64,000 nucleotides of DNA from Eledone cirrhosa (lineage: Eukaryota): positions 355,198,001-355,262,000 of the forward strand of contig OZ024743.1 of assembly GCA_964016885.1 (NCBI GenBank), given 5' to 3'. Below the pieces are notes generated by a model that was not told the origin of the DNA, did not search any database, and worked only from the letters and a program-made list of their open reading frames with translations. Position 1 is the first letter of the stretch, and every line of letters begins with the position of its first letter. Positions 13,150-26,427 of the stretch are shown here, piece by piece. The position numbers were made by a program, and so were the translations under genes.

Positions 13150-15400
13150 AAAAGTATGGCCCTTGACACACGTAGCCAAGATATTGAGAAAGAGGGGGAT
13201 ATTTGGGGCATCTGCACCTTCAAAGTGCCCAAAACACTGCGGATGCCAGTAAACACGTATAAAAACATTAGGGAGATCTTTCTCGGCAACGTGGGGATCC
13301 CTAGTGTAAAAGCCCCGAGTAGGCTTTTAAAGGGGTTCCAAAAAGAAACCCCTTAAACAGAAATGGAGTTTGAACCACCCGACCTCCAGCAGCACTCGGA
13401 GGAAAAGTAACTTTCCCCTTTTCTTTTCTTTTTTCTTTCCGGCCGACATGGCTGTGCTAGGAGTAGGTTGTTTAAATGTACGTTGTCTGGAGTCAGCCTG
13501 GAAGCAAGGACTCTGACTCAATGATTTAAAGCATTAGCGATGGATGTGACAGCCGTCAGTGAAACCAGGATTTCCGACATGTGTGCACTCACCCCCATAC
13601 TCGACGACATTGAGATCTACACGTCTCTAGGTCGACCCAGAATGCGAGGTGGAGTGGCAGTACTGTTTATGAAAGACGCGTAAAGCCTACTGTGACCGGA
13701 TTAGCAAGTTAGTTAAGCAACAGCTGACAGGGGCCATCGTCAACAGCAGGTAGTGGAGGGCTCTCAAGAGAGCGATTTGAGTAGAATCGATAGAGTTTAG
13801 CAAGGAAGTAGCGTTAGAAAAGAATAAAATGGAGGGGAAATTAATAGCTAAAGTAGACGAGGCGATTAAGAGTGGTATTGCAACCGATGTGCTATCTGCG
13901 AGAATGGCACTAGACCAGTTCCTCAAAGCGAAACACGAAGGTTACATTGTCAGAGCTAAGGCTTTAAGAAACGAGGTAACGAAAGTTGTTTCATGTGCCC
14001 AAATGGCAGAGGTACAGCGTGGCAATAAGTCCACAATTCGCTCTTCGACGGATCGTTAAGGGCGCGTGCTTTACAGTTTCAAGCAGACGTGTGCATCTTT
14101 CCTGCGAAACTTTGCTTAACTATTCGGGGCGAGCGGCGTCGGAGACGATAGCGGAATTCAGTTTCTACCTCGACAACTGACACGACTCACGGCAGTTGAT
14201 GCGTAGTGGTGGGGGAAACAGCTGGTTTAGATGGTCTACCCTACAAGATTTTCGTAGATATACCTGGCCTGTTTTCCGACATCTCGAAGCTATCTACTGC
14301 AACTAGCAACAGAACGGGAGTACTCCCAGTTCTGTGAGCCGGTTGATGAAGAAAGACGAGGCGAAGAGAGATTAGATAATTTCATCGTCATAACTCCGCT
14401 AAACACAGAGTTTTAGATCTAGGACAAGGTGCTCGCTACAAGGTTGGTGCTTGTTGTCCAGGGCTTCGTAGGTGAGACGCAAACTTGTGCAATCCCAACC
14501 AGGTCCATACACGACAACGTCCACCTCGTGCCATGCAATATAGAGAGTGTACAGAGTGAAGCTGGATTCGGCGGGGCTCTGATCAATTTGGCTCAATCGA
14601 AAGCTTTCGATAGTGTCGATCATGGACACCTGGACACTGTCTTCAAGGCAACTTCACTGTCCTCTACCAGTCGGGCAAGGAGGTCAGTGAAAATTTCACT
14701 TGAGAATTCCATAGAGAACTAGTGGTGAGAAAGTATGACGACGTTCTCGTAGAGTCTATGGGAATCGACAAAATCAAATTAACCAGTCTGGTGTGGAGAA
14801 CTATTTAGCCAGGGACTATGAGCAAGTTTCCGAAGTTCCTGGTATGGCAATGCTACCGGGAGGCACTGTCGATTCCAGACTCTCTATACAAGCACGGAAG
14901 CGCTCTCAGATGGACCTGTCAGAGATGCGCGAAGAGTTTTGTAAAACAGCTATTATCACGTTTAAGATGGATCCGAGTCCATCGGGAAAATCACCCCGCG
15001 GCCTTCTTTTGGCTCGGGAGGGCAGGCAGTTTCCCTCGGCCTTGTAGCTGTAGCTAAAGAAGTTGTGTGCTGAACGCGACTTAAAGTAATTTTCAGGTTC
15101 CACTTGTAAAGGAAGGTGATGGAGGAGAGAGAAGTGCTGCCTCCCAGTACTTTGTCAAAAGATTGAGGAATATAGCGAGAATTGTTCGTGTGAGTTGGTC
15201 TACTCTGACCATGCACCTGTAGGCTGGCTAGTTTGGAAACGAGAGAGGTGTTCTCCTTAAGGGCTCTTGGAGAGTAGAGTGGTTTACGATTGATGGGTTT
15301 CTTGAGTGATCCCTGGGTGGTACTCACCCCTCTTATGGAATTTTCATTATTATGTATTTTATTATCTATTGTTATTTCTTATATATATTGTTATATTTGG
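13150..15400 (+). mobile_element. Old, internally deleted Tx1/L1-type LINE, same family as 26425-31390
   Basis: Colinear homology: GCLNVRCLES (APE start), KAKHEGYIVRAKA, AIPTRSIHDN, LAQSKAFDSVDH, WQCYREAL, plus a similar 3' UTR. Many stops and frameshifts. Confidence 0.85.
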
Positions 15401-15421
15401 GGAGGGTTATGTTGTTATAAT

Positions 15422-16010
15422 AATTGTTTCTACTTTTGGCACAAGGCCAGCAATTTTTCCAGTGCATTACTGGTACTTTATTTTATCGACCCCGTAAGGA
15501 TGAAAGGTTAAAGTTAACCTGGGCATGATTAGAACTCAGAATGGCAAGGGTTGAAATCATGGCGTCTGACCATCTACTGATACTGCCAATTATAATAATT
15601 GGTACTTTATTTTATCGACATTACTGGTACTTTATTTTATCGACCCAGTAAAGATGAAAGGCAAAGTTAACTGCCAATTATAATAATTGTTTCTACTTTA
15701 GGCACAAGGCCAGCAATTTCCCAGTACATTACTGGTACTTTATTTTATCGACCCCGTAAGGATGAAAGGGAAAGTAAACCTCGGCGGGATTTGAACTCAG
15801 ACTGTAAAGGGACGTAACTATGCTAGAAAGCATACTGCCAATTATAATAATGCCAGAAAAATATTGTTATCCTTTATATATTTTGTTATATTTGGGGAGG
15901 GTCATGTTGTTATAATAATTGTTAAGGCCAGCAATTACCCTGTACATTACTTGTACTTTATTTTATCGACCCCGTAAGGATGAAAAGCAAAGTTAACTGC
16001 CAATTATAAT
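15422..16010 (-). mobile_element. Cluster of 4-5 partial tandem SINE copies
   Basis: Repeated attactggtactttattttatcgaccccgtaaggatgaaagg units. Confidence 0.85.
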
Positions 16011-16614
16011 AATTAGCAGAAAAACCACCCTTCGGGTGGTTTTCTGCTGGTATGTGTAGTGTGTATATTGATATTATACGCCGGTATATTTACATGTAGA
16101 TATGATACATCAAATAAAATCGTAATTGACAATATATAATACATAGAAATTGAACGAAGACTGCGTTACACTGTCTTATTTAATCAGTAACGTAATCCAT
16201 GATACATTAAAAAAGACGATATTATATATAAGTTGCTTTAGGAGAAAATTAGGGACAGAAAATTAGTATGTTTATTTAAGCAATGGCCAACCGGAAGTGT
16301 TGACATTTCAGAATTTCTAAAGAAGTGAATCTTTAAATAAACAAAATATATTTAATACAACAGCCACGAAATTTAGTAGATAGATTATGTAATATTCATT
16401 CATTATTCATTCAAAGTAATCCAACTTATTTTACTAATTATTATAGTTTAGATGCCAGAAAAACATAGTCAAATGGACACACTGGTCTGGATTGGTTATA
16501 TATTTTTTATTCGGAAACCCCCATTGTTACCTGTTATATATTTTGTACTTGTACACCCAAATTGGCCTACGTTTTATATAGTCCACTTTATGTCGGCGGC
16601 TGTGGCCAACCGCT

Positions 16615-16715
16615 GATATTAACTTTACCTTTCATCCTTACGGGGTCTATAAAATAAAGCACCAGTAATGTACTGGGGTAATTGCTGGCCTTGTGCCAAA
16701 AGTAGAAACAATTAA
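16615..16715 (+). mobile_element. SINE 3' half
   Basis: ctttcatccttacggggtc...gctggccttgtgccaaaagtagaaacaat. Confidence 0.8.
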
Positions 16716-16923
16716 TATTACTATTATTGAAGTATTGCGGCTGTTTAACGCTATTTCGCTTCTTCAATGAATAAATAATTCAGAAAGTAATTAATTACAA
16801 TTAATTTTTTTTTTTAGACAACCAGTGAAATTGATACGAAAATACTAAACTGGTTGATGTGAAATCGACAAGATTAACTGACTGCAGTGTGTTATGTAAA
16901 CAACAACAACAAAATTAATACAC

Positions 16924-16924
<1 letters not shown>

Positions 16925-16983
<59 letters not shown>

Positions 16984-17086
16984 CAACAACAATAATAATG
17001 TTGATGAAAATAAAATGGCAGAAGCGAAATGAGAATTAAATATAATCACTCACTTGCAGAGAAAGAGTGAGAGAGAGAGAGGGGGA

Positions 17087-17175
<89 letters not shown>
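16925..17175. repeat. (TAA)n and (GA)n microsatellites
   Basis: Directly visible. Confidence 0.9.
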
Positions 17176-17177
<2 letters not shown>

Positions 17178-17571
17178 GGGTAACGACAAACAAAGCATTG
17201 TAAACATGATTTTTTCTTAATGAGAAATTACAACTACACCTGTAAATTTGATGTCTGCAATCACTTCAGCCTCTTCCTCTCCCTTTCGTTGTATAGCTAT
17301 TATCACCTCTTCATTTCTTACTATTTACTTCCTCTGCTTCATCTCGTTCTCTCTTCTCTATTTATACCATTTTGACTATATATATATATATATATATATA
17401 CGGGATAACAAGTTGTCGTTATAGGCAATCCACTTAGAGGTAGTCCAGTTAGAATACTCTGTGTTGTGGATGGTATTAACATATGGCTTAGTTTGACTCA
17501 ACAAGACGCTTCCATAGTGATGCAGCGAGTTCACGGTGATTTCTATGTAGGTTATACTTGGAGTAATAATT

Positions 17572-17987
17572 ATTCAAGAGATAAGAGTAACATGGTTGGC
17601 TGTACAATAAGGGTTTTATTCACAGTGCTGACAATTGTTTCTTTGATCTGGTAAGTCTAGAGTTCGCTAATCGCTAGATGTTGCGTCAATCGAACTCCAA
17701 TACTTTGTTTATAACCAGTTAATTGCATCAGTGCGAGCCATGTGAGGATAATATACAAGGCATGGCTTTTAAAAATAATATAAAAGCCATGCCTTGTATA
17801 TTATCCTCACATCGCTCGCTCTGATGCAATTAACTGGTTATAAACAAAGTATTGGAGTTCGATTGACGCAACATCTAGCGATTAGCGAACTCTAGACTTA
17901 CCAGATCAAAGAAACAATTGTCAGCACTGTGAATAAAACCCTTATTGTACAAACAACCATGTTACTCTTATCACTTATCTCTTGAAT
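17572..17987. repeat. Fold-back inverted repeat, ~200 bp arms with 9-nt spacer
   Basis: ...atatacaaggcatggctttta / taaaagccatgccttgtatat... The arms are near-identical and the whole segment lies between (TA)n tracts. Confidence 0.9.
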
Positions 17988-18135
17988 TATATATATATAT
18001 ATATATATATTAATAAGAGGAATTCCAACTTTGTCTGATTTACTCGTTTTATTTACAATCCTTTAAAATATATATAATATAATGGTATTATAATGATGAA
18101 ATAGTATGATAGAATATTAAATTCTAAGTGTTAAT

Positions 18136-18174
18136 TGAACAAGTACTTTCATGCTTTCGCAATCTTCAGGTTCA
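18136..18174 (-). ncRNA. Minimal type-I hammerhead ribozyme
   Basis: tgaac CTGAAGA t-tgc-gaaa-gca-t GAAA GTAC TT gttca. Perfect 5-bp stem I and palindromic stem III AGTACT. Confidence 0.8.
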
Positions 18175-18199
18175 TGATATGTGGTGACAGTCGAGTTTG

Positions 18200-18307
18200 C
18201 AATTTTCAATTTTCAATTTTCAATTTTCAATTTTCAATTTTCAATTTTCAATTTTCAATTTTCAATTTTCAATTTTCAATTTTCAATTTTCAATTTTCAA
18301 TTTTCAA
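18200..18307. repeat. (TTTTCAA)n heptamer tandem repeat
   Basis: About 15 perfect units. Confidence 0.95.
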
Positions 18308-18309
18308 CT

Positions 18310-18465
18310 GAAACTAGTTTCAGAAGATCCCGTTAAGGGTGAAAGCACCGATTCTTTGCTTAAACTTTAATCTGTTATTTTAATAAATATTTGCTCTACG
18401 GTTCTTATATATTTGATATATAATTATCCTTATAGAGACCTCTTTGGATTTTAGTCTTCAAATTT
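18310..18465 (+). mobile_element. pLTR-like fragment with variant HHR core (CAGAAGA)
   Basis: cagaaga tccc gtta aggg t gaaa, followed by aataaa. Same family as 32484-32640 and 32938-33011. Confidence 0.55.
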
Positions 18466-18484
18466 ATTATTATTACTATTAATA

Positions 18485-21400
18485 TTGTTCTTTGAGTCTC
18501 AGTCATTGATGTTAGTTAACTGGAAAATTTGTTGAAATGAATATCAAGCCACTACCTGCAGCCTCAGATATTCAGGACGTATCGGAGGGTTCTTGCTGTT
18601 CCCAGCAAGCATGCCTTTTGAAGCGTTCTAAAAAGCGTGGCGGGGCCAATTTTCTTTAACCATCCCTGGAAACCTTTTGAGATAGTACCTAGTGCGCCTA
18701 TGACAGTCGGGACCACTTTGACTTCATGGCAGTTCCAAATCCTTTTTACCTCCCACTTTAAGTCCTGGTATCGGTTAATGTTCTCCCTCTCCTTCTCTTG
18801 CACTCTTGTGTCGAATGGGCAGGCCACATCCACAATCAGGCACGATCTTTTTTCTTTGTCCCAAACCACCAGGTCAGGTGTATTGTGTTCCAGTTTATTG
18901 TCCGTCTGTATCCTAAGATCCCACAGCACCTTCACCTGATCGTTTTCTATCACCGCCTCTGGCTTATGCTCATACCACTTCTCAGAATGTGGTAAATTGT
19001 TTACTTTGCATAGGTGCCAGTGGCTCACCCTGCCCATCACATCATGTCTCCAGCCCTTATAGTGAGTCTGGGCTAGGTGTTTACACTCGGATACAATGTG
19101 AGCCACAGTCTCCTCTCTCTCTCCAAATATCCTGCACAGTGGGCTAGCCTCCTGCTTGTAAATATGGTGTTTCAACCACTTCGTTTTGAGGGCCTGCTCT
19201 TGCGCAGCCATTAACATTCCTTCTGTAGCCTTTTTAAGGTCTCCTCTTTTCAACCAGTTCCATGTCTGTGGATCTCTGAATTCAGTTTTCTCAAAGAAGG
19301 TACTATGAAGGGATTTTTCATGAAGGTTGCTCTTTCACCTTGTTATTTCCTCCTTGGACACCCCCTGGTTTATTGTCCTCTCCTTCAGTACAGTTCTGAG
19401 CATTGGTTCCTTACTATCAGTCACGTATTTGTGTAGGTTGTTTTTCTCCATCTGAACACAGTCCTCTGTGCTGATAAGACCTCTTCCACCTTCAGATCTC
19501 CTTAAGTAGAGTCTATCGACATCACTCCTCTTGTGGAACATGTTGTAGATAATCAATAGCTTCCTAGTCTTCCTATCCATTTCTTTTTGTTCAGCAACAT
19601 TCCATCTCAGAATTCCCGCACTGTACCTAATAATAGACACAGCTAGGGAATTTACTGCACTTATGGCATTCCTACTGTTCAGATGTGACTTTAATACGCT
19701 CCTTACTCTCCGAATGTATTCAGATCTTATCAATTCCTTTATTTTTTTGTTCTTGATGTCATCAGCCTCCAGAACACCCAAATACTTGTATCCTTCTTCA
19801 GTGTCAATTTCCTTTATCATCTCACCTGTTGGTACCTGATTCCGTTGCTTCTGCTCAATTTACCCCTCTTCATCACAAGGACTCCACACTTACTAATACC
19901 AAATCGCATACATATATCATTGCTGAAAATACGGACAGTGTCAACAAGCACATCCAAATCCTTCTCACTCTTCCCGAAGAGCTTAAGATCGTCCATGAAG
20001 AGGAGGTGATTGATGGTAAGCTCTCCCCTTCCCAACTTGTATCCTGCACTCACTTTTCGCAGTATAATGTTCAGGGGCATCAGGGCAAGGACAAACAACA
20101 GAGGGGACAGACTATCTCCCTGGAAGATACCTCTCTTGATCTTCACGTCTCCCAAGGATTCTCCAGCTGATGTTAACTCTGTTTTCTAGGACTTCATACT
20201 TTTGCCCAACAACTGTCTGATGTTATCTGCCACCTCGAAGATCTCTAGGCTTTTGGTGATCCAAGAATGAGGCACCATGTCAAATGCCTTTTTGTAGTCT
20301 ATCCATCCCATGGCAAGACCAGTGTGTCTCCTCTTGCAAATCCTCATTACCATCTTATCAATAAGTAACTGGTCCTTTGTACCACGGGACTTCTTTCGGC
20401 ATCCTTTCTGTTCGTCCGGTAACAAGTTGTTTGTGTGGAGGTGATGGTAGATTTCCTCAGACATAATGCTTGTCAACAGTTTCTACATTACGGACAGACA
20501 TGTGATAGGTCTATAGTTGGTAACATCATTACCCTTGATTCGGTCTTTCATTACCAGAACTGTGGTACCTTTTGTCAACCACTCTGGTACCTCACCTGAC
20601 ATCAAGTCATTGAACATGGTTGTCAGTTTCGGGTGGAGGGATGTTATATTTTTAATCCAATACCCCTGCACACCATCTGGGCCTGGTGATTTCCAGTTGG
20701 TTAGTTTTCTGGCCTGCCCCTTAAGAGTTTCAACTGTGATACTCAAATCAGTTTGTTGGTGTGCCTGTTCACTAATCTCCTTTTGTACTGTCTCAATCCA
20801 CACTGCCTGGTCATTATGCTTAACATCCTGCTCACATATTCCTCTCCAGGAGGTCTTAGTTTGTTCCGCCTCAGGGATCAAGTCGTTGCCTCTTTCTTTC
20901 CCTTCAAGCTGTCCAAACAGCATCTTCTGGTTGTTGTCAAACATGCGGTTCTGTCTATACTGACTGACTTTGCTCTCGTATCGCCTAATTTTTGCACTCT
21001 TTGCTACAATGCGTTGCTTCAGTTCCTCTATGATAATATTTAGCTTTTTCCTCCTATGATTGTACTTTATTTCCAGTCTATTTTTAGTGTCTATGTTTGT
21101 TATTGTCCCATTCAGTAGGGACTCAAGCTTTCCAATGTCATTTCTCATTTCCCTGATTTGACCATTCAGTCGTTTCTCCCACCAAGGTTCTGATCTTTCT
21201 TGTTTGTTGTTTCCTCTCGCTTTTATGCCAAGTAATTTCCTCACCGCATTTGCTGTTGCTTTGAGGATATTGTTGCACTGGTGAAGCCTCCTCGCCTCAA
21301 GGTATGGGATGACTTTGTTTACCTAAGCTCTTGTTTCTTTTAACCTTTTCCTGTCTACAAATCTTAGGTTCATAGGTTTCCCACTATCATTGTTCAATTC

Positions 21401-22085
21401 ATCTACCACTAACTTTAGGATATCAACCAAATCTTGTCCTAGCCCGTCAGCATTCATCTCCTCAATGGCCGTATCTTTGTTCCAGCTATTATTTATTTCA
21501 GCATTCAGATCATTGTCTGCTTCCTATGGATCCTCCGCTCTCTCAACCTCTTTACCTTCATTTCCCACTGACTTGTTTGCTCTGCGTACTCCACTCTCCA
21601 TTTCCAACCTAATCTCTCTGCTCAGTTCCTCCAGTTCCAGCACGCTTATCCACCCATTAGTTCTTATTACCCGAGCCTGCCCGGCCAATTTTTATTCATC
21701 TAGTTTAAATAGACCAATCTCGTTCCAGATGTTATGCATCCGTTTCCTATAACCTTTCTCCTTGGGGTTACTCTTCAGGTAACTTTGCATAACAGTTCTA
21801 TTCAATTCTTTCGTCCAGTTGGTTCTGGTCCCTTTCCTTCTTCTTCTTCCTCCGACACCAGCAGTATTTGGTTGACAGCCAGGTCCCTGCTGCTGAGCCA
21901 GGGAGCACCTGCTGGGTGAGAGTCGGTCACATGACATTCCAGTCTCCACTTCACCGTTATTCGAATTGTTTAGGTTCGACATTTAAACACTCTTATCGAG
22001 GATTGGTGAATGTATGGTTACATAACCACCGGTGATTTCATCACTCCCGGTGATTTTCGTGTGGCACTATCACGCTGTAGACGAA
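18485..22085 (-). mobile_element. Near full-length R4/Dong-type non-LTR retrotransposon (RT + CCHC + RLE), pseudogenised
   Basis: ORF remnants 21982->18564 contain WTKELN...[82 protein letters not shown] and PDLV...VDVACP. (TAA)n tail. Confidence 0.9.
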
Positions 22086-22113
22086 AATAAATAAACAAAC
22101 AAACATATATTAT

Positions 22114-22146
<33 letters not shown>

Positions 22147-22182
22147 ATATATATATATATATATATATTTATACATACATAT

Positions 22183-22263
<81 letters not shown>

Positions 22264-22296
22264 AATATATATATATATATGTGTGTGTGTGACTGT

Positions 22297-22476
22297 GTAT
22301 CCCAGGGTTAACAACAATAAGTAAGGTCATCAATGCATAATTGAGTATATACAATATTTAATACAGAAATGACTTCTCCAGGGCTAGAACTATTTCATTC
22401 GAAGGAAGGATATCATCAGGAAATCCCTGATGATTTCCTTCGAATGAAACAGTTCTAGTCCTGTAAAAGCCATTTC
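22297..22476. mobile_element. Head-to-head pLTR fragments, each with an HHR-like core
   Basis: ctgatga...cgaat gaaa at 22385-22420 (-) and 22427-22460 (+). Same family as 22656-22730 and 24590-24702. Confidence 0.6.
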
Positions 22477-22513
22477 TGTGTGTGTGTGTGTCTGTGTGTG
22501 TGTGAGTATGTGT

Positions 22514-22569
<56 letters not shown>

Positions 22570-22734
22570 GCCTGTGCGTGTGTGTGTGTATGTGTGTGTA
22601 TGTGTGTGTGTGTGCGTGTTTGTGCGTGCGTGTGTGTGCGTGTGTGCGTGTGTGTGTATCCCGGGTTCAATCGGGAGGTAGCCATAGTAAGTAAGGTACT
22701 CAATACATAGCAGAGTATAGATATTTTATATATA

Positions 22735-23545
22735 TATAAACTACACTATAAGACGGCAGCAGCCTGATGACATCCGTAACCCCCGTATCAGTAATTGATA
22801 CAGACTGGTAGCTGTTTTGTGTTGGGCTCACTGCTGTTGACATCCGCGAAATTCTCTCTATCGTCATGCGCAAAACCTTTTCCAGATTCAGGGCTCCGTA
22901 TACAAACAAATCTCAGGATTTCCGATGGGATCGAGCCTTTCAGACTTGCTGAAACGCACAGTTGGAACGCACAACCCTCACCACCTGCCACTCTTGCTTC
23001 TTCTTACCAAGGTACGTGGATAACATCCTTATGCTCATTTCGTCACATGAAGAAACCGTTAAGATCTAAAATATCTTTGAAAATATTGACGCACACATCA
23101 AATTTGAGGTTGAGCATTCAAACACCACTGAATACCTATCTTTACTCGACTTTACACTAAGAGTCACAGAGAAGGGCCCCATATACACCAAACTTTACAG
23201 ATAGGATGCCAGCAGAGATATCTTTGTGCTCCACAATTCCACCCTTCCCTACAGAGCCAATATGGCTTATATACTGAATGAGATTTCTCGGATATGCAAC
23301 AGATGCAGTGAAGATAGTGACAGATATATCAGCTTGGTAGAATTCCAAAGAGCTCTCACCGAAAACGGCTATTCTACTTCACTTACAAAACACCGAAATG
23401 CCAATGCAGCAACACGTAAAATAACAAGAAAGACACGTGCTCCTAAGAATAACATATGCTACTAAAGCTGCTAAAGACAACTGCCATCAGACAAGCCATC
23501 CATAGGGTGGGACTGAATATACGGCTGGCATACTCGGCACGCTCA
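22735..23545 (+). pseudogene. Decayed Penelope RT/thumb fragment
   Basis: ENIDAHIKFEVEH...LSLLDF and HNSTLPYRANMAYILNEISRICNRC...LTENGYS align with the 54077-54880 ORF. Confidence 0.75.
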
Positions 23546-24702
23546 TTGATAGCGATAGTGAAATCGCACAGGAGGGTTGGAGGTGGAGTGAACTAGTTGT
23601 TTGAAGTTGTAAGGTAACAAAATATGTTGAATGTTGTTAAGGAAGATTATCTTCAGTTAATAGGGAGAATAACAAGGATAGGTCAGTGGAAAATTGATGT
23701 AAGTAGGAACAAATAAACGTAAGGTATATGAAAAATGATAAGAAATTTGGAAGAAAAGCAAAGACATTCAGAGGTGAAACAGTATTAGATATTAGATGTC
23801 TGTATCGATATATCGTTCTAAATACATAACAGAAGTGTTTCCCAGTTGCCCACTGAGGGCAATTTCCGTGTACCTCTGATATGGTGTATAGGGTAGTGTG
23901 GGATTTGAGTGAGCGCTGGTTGCTACTCATGGCAGGTGGAGTTGTAGACTATGTAGAAGCATATTTGATGCATCGTATCGTTGGAATTGATGTTGATGAT
24001 AGTAGTGCGAATAACATACTGCTTTTGATTGTGGTGCTGGTGGTGGGTATTGCAGGTAAACGGTGTAACAGTAACAGGAGCTGTGATTGTAATGCTAATA
24101 GTATGAGTAGCGGTGGTGGTGGTGGTAGCAACTGTGCAGAAGGTGGTGAAGATGTCGGTGATGATTATGAGGATGAAAATAACAGTAGTGGCGGTAATGG
24201 TGGTTGTTTTGGTTACGATGTTACCATTTTGTAATGGAAAAGTTTCATAATTCATTCAACTGATCGGTGGGGAACACTGAGTAAAGCTGCTGGAAGTCCG
24301 ACGTTCTTTGTGAGTGAGGGAGAACATCGACATCAATCAAAGACAGGAGGGTGGGGCATGTGACAGAGAGAGAGAGAGGAGGAGGGGGCAGAGAAAGACA
24401 GAGTAAAGTGGTAGAAAGAGGAATACAAAGGGAAAGAATGACATAAATTGGAAAGAATAGAAAGAGTGAGAGACAGAAAGAGTGAGAATAACAACCACCA
24501 TAACCACCACTACTGTTATTTTCATCCTCATAATCATGACCCGCATCTCCACCACCTTCTCCACAGTTGCTACCATCACCCCCGCTACTCGAATGAAACA
24601 GTTCTAGTCCTGTAGAAGCCATTCTTATAGTAAATATTTACACTCTGCTATGTATTGAGTATGTTACTTACTGTGGCTACCCCCGAATGAACTCGGGATA
24701 CT

Positions 24703-24777
<75 letters not shown>

Positions 24778-24849
24778 AATATATGCATATACATACACAT
24801 ATACATACACACACGCATATATATATATGTGTGTGTGTGTGTGTATAAT

Positions 24850-25160
24850 TTAGGGGAGGGGGAAGTCGATTAAATCGACCCCAGTACATTATTGGTGCTT
24901 TATTTTATCGACCCCGTAAGGATGAAAGGCAAAGTTAACCTCAGGGGGATTTGAACTCAGACCGTATAGGGCCGTAACTCTATGCTGCAAAGCATGGCGT
25001 CCGACCCTCTACCGATACTGCCAATCCACGGCCCTTTTTTTATATCGAATAATAATTGTTTCTACTTTTTGGCACAAGGCCAGCAATTATTGCAGTGTAT
25101 TACTGGTACTTTATTTTATCGACCCCGTAAGGATGAAAGGCAAAGTTAACCTCGGCGGGA
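24850..25160 (-). mobile_element. Two tandem SINE copies
   Basis: The B-box gagttcaaatccc is in the first copy and the shared core is in both. Confidence 0.85.
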
Positions 25161-25208
25161 ATCCCAAAGAGAGGAAATGGGAACATTATCCACTGAAAGT
25201 TCCTTAAA

Positions 25209-25244
25209 CCCTGAAGAAGGGACTTTTAGGTCCCGAAATATTGG
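25209..25244 (+). ncRNA. HHR-like motif (PLE type)
   Basis: cc CTGAAGA a gggac ttttag gtccc GAAA ta tt gg. Stem I is weak. aataaa lies downstream. Confidence 0.55.
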
Positions 25245-26268
25245 ACAGATAAAAGAAGAAGAACAACAACAAAAATGTATAAATAAAACAAAACAAAGAT
25301 TACCAGGTAACTTACTTTTACTTTTCTTACAGTCCATTTTGCATTGTTTAGCCTTCTATCTCTTTCAACGTTAAATATTCGATTCGTTTGCAAGCAAACA
25401 GCCTCATTCCGGTATGTTTTTTAGATGACCACCGTTATCATTTTCTTCAGCGGTGGCACAGACAAACGTTGTCGATTTTTTCTCTGTTACACCGCTTGAA
25501 GCATGGTTACTGTGCCTTTTTCTAATTCAAGGGTGTTTGGTAGCACACCGGAGTGTTTTATCTATGTTAATTAAGCAGGCATATATTTGTAGAGGCCTGT
25601 GTATCAAGTTGTTTTTGACTGCTTTTAAATTCATTCTCCATCAGGTCGATATCGTCTGCATATTCAATGTCACCAACACGGGGCTTTAATAGCCGCCTCT
25701 ATTTCAGCCTCAGTGTTAATGTTGAAATCATCTCCAACGGCAAGAATCTATCTACTTGCTATAACTGGTGGTAAATTTATATAAGAGTTTTGAAAAATAT
25801 ATATTCTGTTTATTTGCACCTCTGCTTTATATCATGCTACCTTAGTGCTGCTGTTAATTAAAGTCAAGTCCGCACTATATACTCTCGGTCCCAAATAATA
25901 GGGCCTTTGGAATATGCAGGATGGTGGTGGAACAAGCATTGGGAGGGTGTTGGAATAAGCGGGGATGAGGGGATGCTAATTTTTCTAGGTTGTTCCCGTT
26001 GAATTTTATAACGTATGGTATTTCTAGTAATGTACAATTTTTTTTTTTGTCATTTAAAATGTTTTCTTTTCAACGTTTAAAGAAAATTAATTGTCGCAAG
26101 AATGATACCACTTAAAATAAAAGTTCGCTGGGGATAGATTTGCAAAATTTAATAAGCGATGTTGAATAAGAGTGGGGGTTGGAAAAACTCTGAAAAATGA
26201 ATAAGCGGAATACAAAGGGATCATTCGTATCCCGTGGGTACACACACACACACTCACACACACACACA

Positions 26269-26371
<103 letters not shown>

Positions 26372-26427
26372 GTATATATATATATTTATTAAAATAACAG
26401 TCTTCAAATGTATTATTATTACTACGG

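Noticed and set aside
15422-16010. CRISPR-like repeated ~40-bp units
   Set aside because: The units are SINE cores with irregular, non-unique spacers and there are no cas genes.
16015-16049. Rho-independent terminator-like hairpin
   Set aside because: The context is eukaryotic. It is more likely a transposon-end hairpin, and no bacterial genes are nearby.
21983-22085. HDV-like ribozyme at the R4/Dong 5' end
   Set aside because: I could not build the P1-P4 double pseudoknot by eye. Only an aaatcaccgg direct repeat is visible.
25370-26240. Possible pogo/Tigger-type remnant and MITE (part duplicated at about 46210-46300)
   Set aside because: The repeat nature is visible, but no catalytic motif or clean TIR pair could be confirmed.
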